Below, piece after piece: positions 10,701-19,238 of a DNA stretch of 64,000 bases. Origin of the DNA: Candidatus Obscuribacteraceae bacterium. GTDB taxonomy: Bacteria; Cyanobacteriota; Vampirovibrionia; Obscuribacterales; Obscuribacteraceae. The stretch lies in the NCBI GenBank assembly GCA_044226015.1, contig JBGAHS010000007.1, positions 160,001 through 224,000 of the forward strand, given 5' to 3'. The stretch's first letter is position 1. Each line of letters opens with the position of its first letter. The position numbers and the translations under genes were made by a program. The notes under the pieces are model-generated. The model was not told the DNA's origin. It was given only the letters and a program-made list of their open reading frames with translations, and made no database searches.

Positions 10701-11443
10701 AGCTTGGCTAATACTTTGTCAGCGTCTTCCATGACTGTCCACCAGCGCGGCATGATCTTGATTTCGCTGAGTTCTTCGATAGAGCGCTGTGTGTCGATGC
10801 TGAAGTGTCTTATCGATTCAATTTCATCGCCAAACAACTCAATGCGAACTGCGGGGCCGGAAGATGGATAAATATCTATGATATCGCCCCTGGTGCTAAA
10901 TTCCCCACGCAAGGTAACGATGCTTTCTTTTGAATAGCCGAGTCTCACCAACTCAAGTCTTATTTGGGCAATGTCCATACTTTGACCTTTGCTGATGGTC
11001 AAAGTATTGTTTTGCAGTGTCGTCTTATCCAGAACTCTCTGCATCAGTGCTCTTGCGGGCAATATAACGAAGTATGGCTCTGATTTATCCTGCATAATTT
11101 GCTGCAAGACTTCCATCTGTTGCGCGATGGTATCAGGGCTATGCAAGACCTGCTCGTATGGAGAAACTTCGCTGGCAGGATAGAGCAGAACTTTGAAACG
11201 GCTCAGATTCGAGATTTCTTGTTGATATCGTGCAGCGTGATTGTGATCTGCTGCTACCAGAAAGAAAGGTCTGCGAACTTCATGATGAAGAAGCGCGAGA
11301 ATCAGCGATTTTGCCGAATCCGAAAGACCCGTAATGTGTAGTTCTTGTTTGGACTGCTTTGCTGTCCGAGCCAAAATTTTGGCGTATTGTGGACAGTCCA
11401 GAAAGTGCTGGTGAAGGGCTTGCGCCAATACGTTGTCACGCAT
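7754..11443 (-). CDS. mfd: Transcription-repair coupling factor
   Basis: UvrB-like N-terminus, CarD/RID domain (VVHIKHGIG), GDVGFGKT, DEEHRFG, SATPIPRT, QIRGRVGR and TRCF C-terminus. Confidence 0.97.
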   Translation of the reverse strand: MRDNVLAQALHQHFLDCPQYAKILARTAKQSKQELHITGLSDSAKSLILALLHHEVRRPFFLVAADHNHAARYQQEISNLSRFKVLLYPASEVSPYEQVLHSPDTIAQQMEVLQQIMQDKSEPYFVILPARALMQRVLDKTTLQNNTLTISKGQSMDIAQIRLELVRLGYSKESIVTLRGEFSTRGDIIDIYPSSGPAVRIELFGDEIESIRHFSIDTQRSIEELSEIKIMPRWWTVMEDADKVLAKLKEAGEAALMNLSESASETLNTVLESDLQALEAGTYPESLEYYSSFLHDEFCTLLHYIPDNALLLFDEWDGISMSLRSLEQRLDETYQEGVQSGRLLPLPRPLHLTLDEFGQLAPSHQRVFLVSMPGLETGVYDEANGGGDKSNVVQFDSHNVERFNAQLNQMVEKIRGWLKEKYRIIISTEQPQRVLGLLHEWDCPAVYLTATRDGANSTGHTGAKAESAADASINNPNLHPAPGDINAEWLQSTAPGVWITRNGFVGGFRLDDVNLVSITDAEMFGQKRRPTTYRRPVAEKNYERFTSVADLKVDDYVVHIKHGIGQFIGVQRIAYDNQTREYLAVQYSGEDRLYVPVDQINLLSRYRGHGDSVPKLSRLGGADWESTKRRVKKSVQLIAEELVRLYAVRAQQEGFQAVPDTPWQYEMEEAFPYEETPDQWQAIVEMKKDMESAKPMDRLICGDVGFGKTEVAIRGIFKTVMSGRQAVILVPTTVLAQQHFNNLCERFAAYPIKVGLLSRFRTAKEQKEVIARLGTGACDVVVGTHRLLQKDIVFKDLGLVVIDEEHRFGVAHKEKLKALRVMVDILTMSATPIPRTLNMALTGVRDMSIINTPPVNRSPVKTYVGEYRPQIVRTALLHELERGGQVFFLHNRVETIEKVALELKELVPEARITIGHGQMQERELENVMLEFANHEYDILVCTTIIESGLDIPNANTIIIDQADRLGLAQLYQIRGRVGRSDVQAYCYCLYRPERVLTEQAQNRLKAIREFTTLGSGYQIALRDMEIRGVGNILGPEQHGHMIAVGFDLYCKLLGESVAELQGKQVSADADTQIDINVTAFIPEDYIPDAEHRIIEYKRLADVRSERELIVLTDEWRDRFGPIPSEVKSLAQIVKLRLIASKASVQSIKPDMVGLRMMVAYRLNQWLPIQNKLPKHLAQRTTYKPGSPGALGPTPYILVKSEGLEPIEQLNLLEELLTAMIPQQTAQRTT

Positions 11444-11680
11444 AGATTCTTGTTTTTACGACTTGCCAATAGGCTTTCAGGGCCAAAGACTTATCCTAGC
11501 ACGTGCAGAGGATTGGCGCCTGTGTAACCTTATTAGCTACTTAATATTCGGTGAGAGAAATTGCTCCCACAACTGTGATGTCAATTGTTCTTTTGCTTCT
11601 GTCTTGAAAAGACAGCGCACCCTGCAAAAGCCTTATAATGAGTTATATTAGATCTCGCTAGTCTCGGGGCTCATATCGAA

Positions 11681-13117
11681 GTGAAACTTACTCGACGTTT
11701 CCATTTCTACAAACTCATTGAATGCAAAGGTATTGTCCTCGCGCTTTTATCCTTGCTATCAATGCAGCCTGTGTTTTCATGGGACTATGCGCCAGCTGTG
11801 AATTCGTTGCTCGACGAAGCCGGAGCCGCGTATGACAAAGGTCAGTATGCATCGGCGAAACAGGCATATCGTCGCGCTCTTGAGTCAGAACCAAACTGTC
11901 CAGATGCTTATAACGGGCTTGGTTTATGTGCCTTCAAAGAGGGTGACATTTCGCTTTCGTCCAATTTTTATTCGGAAGCCCTGAGTAAAAAGTGGGACCA
12001 TTACAACGCTCTCTACAATCTAGCAAACAATTGCTACATTCAGGAAAAGTATGATGACGCCATCAAATACTACACACAAGTTTTGAAGGTGAGTGAGAAA
12101 GGTGGAAAGGGCGCAGATGCAGACCTTTATGCCAGTCTTGCAAATGTTTTTCGCGATCGCGCTGAGACTCGAACCGGAGAGTTGAAGCGACGAGATGAAT
12201 CTGCAGCGCTTGAATTTTACAATCGTGCCTTGCAAAAGAACCCCAATCATTTCAAAGCGCACGCAAATCTTGGACGATTTTATCTTGACGAAAGGCAGTT
12301 CGGAGCCGCTGAAAAAGAACTTCGAGCTGCAATTGCGCTGCAACCAAATTACTCATTTGCTTATTACGAGTTGGGTCGCCTCTACTCAATGAGAAATGAA
12401 AAGCCAGCGGCTCTGGTTGCTTATTACAACTCGATTAAGAATGAAACCGTCAAATCGCAGCAGGCTGATACTGTAGGCAAAATTGTAAACCTGGGCATGG
12501 ACCCTGCTCTGTATAAATCTTTTGCGCAAGGGTTTGAAGACTTGAGTCTGGGTAATTGGGACGCTGCTGCTGCGGAATTTGAAAGCGCTGCATCGAGCGT
12601 TAGCGACCCAGGACATTTTGCTAAGAAAGCTGTTGCATTAAACAATGCAGGCTACGCGCATTCTCGCGCAGGTGATATCACTGTCGCGATGGATTCTTTC
12701 GTCAAAGCTTTGAAATTGTGTCCCCACGGACAACCTCAGTTTCACTACAATTTGGGGCAATGCTTTTTGCAAACCAAGCGATATGATGATGCTGAAAAAG
12801 CTTTTCGAGACGCTATTGCTGAGGCAAAAGGAAATCACTTTCTTGCGCATAACTCTTTGGGCATAGTTTTGCGAATTAAAGCTGCTGCCGATAAGAAGAA
12901 CTCGGAAAAGCTATTGAACGAAGCGCTCAATGAGTACAACGTAGCGTTGATGCAATCTTCAGATGCGTTGAGTGTTGCATCCTACAATCGCGGCATTGTG
13001 TTGGAGAAACTCGGGCAGATTCCAGAAGCAAAAAAGAGCTTCAACCACTATTTGATGACTTCTCCTACCGGGTTGAATGCCGCGGCTGCACGAGAAAAAC
13101 TAGAAAAGCTAAAGTAG
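11681..13117 (+). CDS. Exported TPR-repeat protein
   Basis: N-terminal hydrophobic segment; many TPRs (AYNGLG, ALYNLA, AHANLG, AYYELG, HYNLG). Confidence 0.85.
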   Translation: MKLTRRFHFYKLIECKGIVLALLSLLSMQPVFSWDYAPAVNSLLDEAGAAYDKGQYASAKQAYRRALESEPNCPDAYNGLGLCAFKEGDISLSSNFYSEALSKKWDHYNALYNLANNCYIQEKYDDAIKYYTQVLKVSEKGGKGADADLYASLANVFRDRAETRTGELKRRDESAALEFYNRALQKNPNHFKAHANLGRFYLDERQFGAAEKELRAAIALQPNYSFAYYELGRLYSMRNEKPAALVAYYNSIKNETVKSQQADTVGKIVNLGMDPALYKSFAQGFEDLSLGNWDAAAAEFESAASSVSDPGHFAKKAVALNNAGYAHSRAGDITVAMDSFVKALKLCPHGQPQFHYNLGQCFLQTKRYDDAEKAFRDAIAEAKGNHFLAHNSLGIVLRIKAAADKKNSEKLLNEALNEYNVALMQSSDALSVASYNRGIVLEKLGQIPEAKKSFNHYLMTSPTGLNAAAAREKLEKLK

Positions 13118-13281
13118 TCAGAAGCGGAGCTGAAATAGCTCTAATTCAACACTGTGTGTTTCGTTTGAAACGTTGCTCTTTGTGCCGATTTGTATTGCGG
13201 GTAATGACAACTGCTTGCATCTATAGTAAATTGTGCTTAGGGCTGCACACAGCCGCTTATCGTTTTGCCAGGATTGTGATT

Positions 13282-14433
13282 ATGTCGGCAACTAAAGATG
13301 CACCAAACAGACAAGAAGAATTCGAGCAAGTGCTCGAATGTTCTCTCGCTACTGCTAAAAACGCACCACTAGCGCCAAAAACCAAACAGCGCGTTGCCGT
13401 ATGCATGAGTGGTGGCGTCGACAGCAGTGCCACTGCTCTTTTATTGCAACAACAAGGATATGACATTGTTGGTATCACCGGCTGGTTGATCAAATCAGGC
13501 AGTCGCTGCTGTGACACCGGTATGGTCGATGCAGCACGCGTTTGTGAACAGCTCGGCATCGAGCACCATGCTGTTGATTTGCGGGCTCTGTTCAAAACAC
13601 AAGTAATCGATACCTTTCATGAGTCTTACGCTAAAGCTAGAACGCCTCTTCCGTGCAGTGTTTGCAATACTGTGATCAAATGGGGCGCGCTGCTCAATTA
13701 CAGTTTCAAGCACTTAGATGCTGACTATATCGCCACTGGGCATTATGCGCGGGTGGTGCGAGATGAGTCTGGTGCAAGACTCGCTCGCTCGGTTGATCGC
13801 AAGAAAGATCAATCATACGTTTTGTGGGAGCTAAACAACGAGCAGCTTCAGAAGACTCTTCTGCCTCTTGGTGATTACACTAAAGACCAAATTCGCGAAA
13901 TCGCTGCTGCCGGAAACCTGGTTACGGCAAAACGCAAAGACAGTCAGGACCTGTGTTTCATTCCTGAAGACAGTACAACGCAGGAATATTTAGCTCTCTA
14001 TTTAGAGCTCAGACCTGGTCCAATTATGCACATTGGCACTGGTGAAACTTTGGGTACTCATCAAGGCACACACAATTACACAATCGGGCAAAGAAAAGGT
14101 CTGGGTGTTGCTTACTCCGAGCCGTTGTACGTTTGCGGCTTAGACCCTGACATGAATGTAGTTTATGTCGGCGATAAGAATCACTTGCTGCGCAACGAAC
14201 TTACAGCTTCTGATGTTAACTGGATTATGGCGGAAGCGCCTGCAGAACCTTTTTCAGCATTAGCAAAAATTCGATATAACAGTCCGGTTGAAAAGGCAAT
14301 GATTTATCCATTGCCTGACAAGCGCGTACGAGTTGTCTTTGAGCAAGCGCAACCAGCAATTACAGCCGGGCAGGTCCTCGGAATTTACGACGAGACTGAC
14401 ACTTATGTACTCGGCGGCGGCTGGATCGACTAA
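13282..14433 (+). CDS. mnmA: tRNA 2-thiouridine(34) synthase MnmA
   Basis: MSGGVDSS PP-loop, PLPCSVCN, ATGHYAR, KDQSY, SQDLCF, YTIGQRKGLG; start at ATG 13282 preferred to 13156. Confidence 0.96.
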   Translation: MSATKDAPNRQEEFEQVLECSLATAKNAPLAPKTKQRVAVCMSGGVDSSATALLLQQQGYDIVGITGWLIKSGSRCCDTGMVDAARVCEQLGIEHHAVDLRALFKTQVIDTFHESYAKARTPLPCSVCNTVIKWGALLNYSFKHLDADYIATGHYARVVRDESGARLARSVDRKKDQSYVLWELNNEQLQKTLLPLGDYTKDQIREIAAAGNLVTAKRKDSQDLCFIPEDSTTQEYLALYLELRPGPIMHIGTGETLGTHQGTHNYTIGQRKGLGVAYSEPLYVCGLDPDMNVVYVGDKNHLLRNELTASDVNWIMAEAPAEPFSALAKIRYNSPVEKAMIYPLPDKRVRVVFEQAQPAITAGQVLGIYDETDTYVLGGGWID

Positions 14434-14651
14434 GTCTCTTTGAAGAATTAGAACTTTAATCATCGGCTTGTCAGTATCCGATGCGTCCTTAAGTGATGCG
14501 GGTTATGAGCAAACAAAGCTTCCTTTGTATATCCATCTGGTAGATTTGCTTCCTCTAATATGGAGTTATATAATTCACTTGGATGTGCCAGCGTTGTCGT
14601 GCCATGTACGAACCGCCCGGGCATTTGCATCTTCGAACCGGAAGAGCAGAG

Positions 14652-15728
14652 ATGAAAAAAGGTCAGATAATAGTCTCATCTGTGTTAGCTTCGAGCCTGT
14701 CTGTTTTGACGGCGTTCGCTAACTACGTCAATGATTCGTTCTCTGCCGCTTCTGCTGAGGCAAGGGCTCATCGTCGCAGCTCGCATGCGGCAGCAAGCTC
14801 TGGCAGAAAAAGTTCAGCGCGTCATTCTACTCACCATGCAGCGGCTTCCAGTGCTGGCAAGCGCCACGGTCATGTTTCTGCAAGCAAGAAGTCCAGGGCT
14901 CCAGTTGCCGCTGCCAAGCCTAAGTACGCATATCCTCTAGATTTTTTCATGATGCACGCTCCTGACTATGACCGCTCTCCTCTAGATGATGCACTATCCT
15001 CGAAGATAAATGATGCGTTTGCTCGTGGTATCGCTGATGATATCAATCCTCAAATGATGGTTCGTGCTGGTGTATTTAAGCACTATCCATTATCTGGTGG
15101 CATCTTCAATCGCCGCGAAGACGTGAAGTACATCGTTTTGCACTCAACCGAAACCGGCATACCGGTTCCCGGCAAGAATGTCATCAATGGCTGGAACTCA
15201 ATGGGACGAAGACACCCTGGGGCTCAGTACGTAGTAGATCGCGATGGAGTCATTTATCAGGCCCTTGACCCTGCGCTGGCTTCGGTACACGTCAACATTT
15301 TCAAGACACTTCCTGGCATAAACAATGACAATACAATCGGCATTGAGATGAATCATACAGGTCGGCAAGATTATCCTGCTGCCCAAAGGCAAGCCGTAAT
15401 GCGCCTGGTCGTATATTTGCAAAACAGGTTTAGAGTAAGCAACGAAAACATTATTACTCACCGATATGCTCAGCAAGGCGACCATACAGATCCAGTAAAT
15501 TTTGATACTGAGAGTTTCCTTTCAGTGAAAGACGATTTCAGAAACCGCACATTAGCTTTGAAGCGTCCGGCTGTGACTGCTGCTCAGAAGGAGGAAGAGG
15601 CTGAGGAAGCAGAATTTCCGCTCGCATCTGTTTATGTACAAATACATGGACCTATCGATGAAAGCAAGTATAAGTCAGCGCTTCCTTCTGGCTCTTCGCT
15701 AAGCTCTAATTCTGCGGCTCTTCACTAG
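14652..15728 (+). CDS. N-acetylmuramoyl-L-alanine amidase (Amidase_2/PGRP-like), secreted
   Basis: IVLHST, AQYVVDRDG, TIGIE, IITHR and DP motifs; signal peptide followed by a basic low-complexity linker. Confidence 0.85.
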   Translation: MKKGQIIVSSVLASSLSVLTAFANYVNDSFSAASAEARAHRRSSHAAASSGRKSSARHSTHHAAASSAGKRHGHVSASKKSRAPVAAAKPKYAYPLDFFMMHAPDYDRSPLDDALSSKINDAFARGIADDINPQMMVRAGVFKHYPLSGGIFNRREDVKYIVLHSTETGIPVPGKNVINGWNSMGRRHPGAQYVVDRDGVIYQALDPALASVHVNIFKTLPGINNDNTIGIEMNHTGRQDYPAAQRQAVMRLVVYLQNRFRVSNENIITHRYAQQGDHTDPVNFDTESFLSVKDDFRNRTLALKRPAVTAAQKEEEAEEAEFPLASVYVQIHGPIDESKYKSALPSGSSLSSNSAALH

Positions 15729-18642
15729 AGGTTTTTTCAGAATTTTCCGTTTCTTCATTGTCATGGGATAGATTTCGGTATGGATCTGATCCGCCTGGCA
15801 CTGCTGGTGCGTCGTTACTAAAATAGGATGGTATCTCCTTCTCGCCTTCGGCTCGGGCGTCAGTAAATAAGAGGCAGGCTGCAAGTTCCATTCTAGATTG
15901 TCTGGCTTCGTCATCCTTTGCCTTAAAGTGATAGTTGCAGAGCGTCTTTGCGATTCCTCTGCCTCTGCTGACTCTCCGGAATTCGCACTCATTCCATGCG
16001 GCGTTAAGTGTGTTTCTAAAGATGTATTGAGAGCGCTTAATCTCATCTTTTTCATCGATGACGAGTTTAGTTGCCCGTGAAACAATGCTATTGGCTATGG
16101 ATTCATTGTGAAATTCACGTGCCACCAAGAGTAGTGCATTAAGGTCTTCCTGCGAATTGTACTTTTGAACTACACGCTCAGCATCTGCTTCCATGCCCAG
16201 AAATAGGTAGTACCTTAATAGAGTTGAAGTGCAAAAGTCCTTGAAGATTGGATCCGCTGCCAGGTGTCTTGCCTCATCGAATTTTAGTTCTCTGATTTTG
16301 ATTTCAATCAGGTTGAGAATCATGTCTGAGTATAAGAGCCTGTTGAAGAATCCTCTGGGAGGCATTTTTTCGCTCTTCTTAGCGGCTTCTTCGAGCAAGT
16401 CTCTGGCTCTGCTGGGCATGCCGTAGGCAAGCAGTACTTTTCCGTAGGTACTGAGTAATGTTATTTCCAGTGTGTTGTCTATCTTTTCGTCGTTCTCTTT
16501 ATAAATTTCATAGGCAGTTTTGAGGTTTCTCAAATGGCTCTTGCTCTGCCTGCTGGCTAAGAGCATGTTTAAGCCGATGCGATAATTCTTCGAAAGGTTC
16601 TTTTGCTGTAGCGTTTTCTGTATCAGTTTGCAGCTGCTTTCATCCAGAGGCAATCGGCTATCTCGCATTAGCAGATCACATTTTGCTAAAGCCGCTTGCA
16701 CTTCTTTTGATGACATTTGCGCATTCGCTACCTCGCGCTCGCTTTCTGGCGACTTTTCGCCGATTGCCTGCCAGATTGCTTCCATATCCAAACCGCTAAA
16801 ATACATAATCGCCGGAAGGTAATTTAACTCCACTTCTCTTTCATCGCGTTTGCAAAGTTTCACTAGTTCAATCACATTAGTCGAAAGCAATTTTCGCGCT
16901 TTCAGTTCCTGGTTCGTATCCAGCAAGTATTTGGCTTCTACAATGAGTTTATCGAGTTCTCTTGCTGGTCTATGTGAATCAGCCCTGATCGGTACAGCCT
17001 TTGCCTTTTCGATTGCTTCTAGCGCAAGCTGCGGATGCATGTATTCAAGGCAGATGAGAGCTATTGATGCTTGAGAGTTAGATTCTTTTGCTGAGTTAAT
17101 CAACTTTTTTACTATATCAAGCCGCCTTGCTTTGAATGCTTCACGTGCAACCACAGCTAGATTTTCAGTCTCATCTGCAAACTCTAGAAGGGGTTCTAGC
17201 TGAGAGAAGTATTTATCGAAAGAGGGGTTAAATGGCTTAAGATCGTCTTGCTTCATCATGGTGCAGAGCGCAGCTTTTCGGTCGCTCATTTTAAATGAAT
17301 AAAGGTCTCGATCATGATGTGGCAGTGGCGAGGTCTTCAAATTGTTTTCTAGCTTTCGGAAGTAAAATCTTGCAAGATGAGGCAGTCGTCTATTGCTATA
17401 TGCTTGAATCAAGCTTTCGTAGCAATGTAACTTTTCCGCTCTGTACTTGTGAAGTACGCGTGCGCCCTCTGTATAAGCCACAATTGGTTCAAAGTCTCGG
17501 GTGAGTTGGGCGAGCTCTATCAAAACACGCCCTCTTTGTAGTGCGGGAATATTCGGAAATCCTAGTGTTGATTCGCACATCCCTCTTGCTTTCTCTCTGT
17601 TGCCGCGAAGCATCTCAGACTCAATGACGCTTTCGGTATAGCGTTGAAGTCTGCGAGTTGGGGCGTTCGTCGGCGCTGCCTCCTGTGGCGCTCGACGAAG
17701 GAAAAAGAACCCTGCGGGTATCAAAGCCAGCAGCAGCACCCAAGCAAGCCAGCACCTATTATTGTTCTTAACACTGCCATTCTCTCCAGCCACTGGATCA
17801 TCAATTGTGTCAAGCGCAGCTGCGAGTTCGGCCATGCTCTGAAAGCGTTTGTCGGGATCTTTCGCTAGTCCTTTTTGCAAAACGTTGTTGATTGCTGGAG
17901 AAAAGTCTTTGATGCTGCCTGTCTTTATTTCGGGCACAACAGAGTTTAGATGCTTGTACATGACTGCTACTGGTGTATCAGCGTTAAAGGGTGAATCACC
18001 AGTTAGCATTTCAAATAAACATAGAGTAAGAGCGTATATGTCAGAACGTTTGTCGGCGCGTTTTCCTGCGCACTGTTCGGGGCTCATATACTGAGCTGTG
18101 CCGATGAGATCACCTGTGCCTGTAAGCTTCTGTTTGTGTTCGTCGGTGAAACGAGCCAATCCGAAGTCGATGATTTTTACAGTGTCGGGCTCTGGCATTT
18201 GAACCAGAATTATGTTGTCGGGTTTTATATCACGATGTACTATTTCTTGCTTGTGCACGAAGTCCAGCGCCAATGCTGCGTCTTTAATTATCTTCAACGC
18301 TCTCGTAACTGCTATTTTTTCTTGCTCCAGTATTTCAGCTCGAAGCGATTTCCCTTGAATGTACTCCATGGCGATGTAGGGCTCATCGTTATTAGAGACT
18401 CCAAGGTGGTAAATGGTAACTATGTTTGGATGTGCTAGATGATGCAGCGCTTGCGCTTCGCGCTGCATTCGCAGTTTGAATTCCTCATCAATCATTACGT
18501 TGGGATGCAGAACTTTCAGAGCAATGGTGCGCTGAAAATCGAGTTGCTTTGCCAAGTAGACTACGCCCAGTCCACCCACGCCTAGCACCTTCAGGATCTG
18601 GTATCTAGCGTCGAAAACTTCTCCTGCTGAAATTTCAGGCAT
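15706..18642 (-). CDS. Membrane Ser/Thr protein kinase with large helical C-terminal domain
   Basis: GVGGLG, ALK, HRDIKPDN, DFG, YMSPE; one TM segment (WLAWVLLLALIPAGFFFL). Confidence 0.92.
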   Translation of the reverse strand: MPEISAGEVFDARYQILKVLGVGGLGVVYLAKQLDFQRTIALKVLHPNVMIDEEFKLRMQREAQALHHLAHPNIVTIYHLGVSNNDEPYIAMEYIQGKSLRAEILEQEKIAVTRALKIIKDAALALDFVHKQEIVHRDIKPDNIILVQMPEPDTVKIIDFGLARFTDEHKQKLTGTGDLIGTAQYMSPEQCAGKRADKRSDIYALTLCLFEMLTGDSPFNADTPVAVMYKHLNSVVPEIKTGSIKDFSPAINNVLQKGLAKDPDKRFQSMAELAAALDTIDDPVAGENGSVKNNNRCWLAWVLLLALIPAGFFFLRRAPQEAAPTNAPTRRLQRYTESVIESEMLRGNREKARGMCESTLGFPNIPALQRGRVLIELAQLTRDFEPIVAYTEGARVLHKYRAEKLHCYESLIQAYSNRRLPHLARFYFRKLENNLKTSPLPHHDRDLYSFKMSDRKAALCTMMKQDDLKPFNPSFDKYFSQLEPLLEFADETENLAVVAREAFKARRLDIVKKLINSAKESNSQASIALICLEYMHPQLALEAIEKAKAVPIRADSHRPARELDKLIVEAKYLLDTNQELKARKLLSTNVIELVKLCKRDEREVELNYLPAIMYFSGLDMEAIWQAIGEKSPESEREVANAQMSSKEVQAALAKCDLLMRDSRLPLDESSCKLIQKTLQQKNLSKNYRIGLNMLLASRQSKSHLRNLKTAYEIYKENDEKIDNTLEITLLSTYGKVLLAYGMPSRARDLLEEAAKKSEKMPPRGFFNRLLYSDMILNLIEIKIRELKFDEARHLAADPIFKDFCTSTLLRYYLFLGMEADAERVVQKYNSQEDLNALLLVAREFHNESIANSIVSRATKLVIDEKDEIKRSQYIFRNTLNAAWNECEFRRVSRGRGIAKTLCNYHFKAKDDEARQSRMELAACLLFTDARAEGEKEIPSYFSNDAPAVPGGSDPYRNLSHDNEETENSEKTSSEEPQN

Positions 18643-18656
18643 GAGAAGAGTCCGAT

Positions 18657-19235
18657 TTAGAGCAAGGCATATTCGGAAATGATATTGTAGTCGACTCCAT
18701 CGTTACCCGTGTGGCTCTCTATGAGGCTCAACTTCTCGATTTTCTGATGGAGCGGAACGTACTTTGAAATATCTAGCCCGTCCTCAATGCGATAATCTTT
18801 CTTAGTATCACGCGGAAATCGAAAAAGTGTCAAATGCGGATTGAACTTGTGCTCGTCCTCTTTCTCTCTATATTTATCAAGGCTATCGCGAAGGCGCTTA
18901 CCCAATTCTAGAACAGCAGAATCTAACTGTTTGGGCAGAAGTACAACTGCATTAGGTCTGCCCTTAGACCCAAACATGGTGAAATCTTCGTACGTGATTT
19001 GCAATTTTGACTGCTGATCGAGCAATTTCGGAAGCTCTTCTTTTATTTTTTTTTCGCTAGCTTCGTCGCAGTTGCCCAGGAACAACCATGTGATATGTAA
19101 TTTGTCGGGGCGAACCCAGCGCAGTTCACAGTCCCACCATTGCAGCAGTTTCGGCTCGATAGACTGGCGCATTTCAGCGATTTTTTCCGCGTCTTCTACG
19201 GGCAACATCGTGCCAATGAAAAGTCTTTTTTGCAT
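18657..19235 (-). CDS. thpR: RNA 2',3'-cyclic phosphodiesterase (2H phosphoesterase)
   Basis: RLFIG N-terminus; two HxT motifs (LHITW, PHLTL). Confidence 0.85.
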   Translation of the reverse strand: MQKRLFIGTMLPVEDAEKIAEMRQSIEPKLLQWWDCELRWVRPDKLHITWLFLGNCDEASEKKIKEELPKLLDQQSKLQITYEDFTMFGSKGRPNAVVLLPKQLDSAVLELGKRLRDSLDKYREKEDEHKFNPHLTLFRFPRDTKKDYRIEDGLDISKYVPLHQKIEKLSLIESHTGNDGVDYNIISEYALL

Positions 19236-19238
19236 GCC

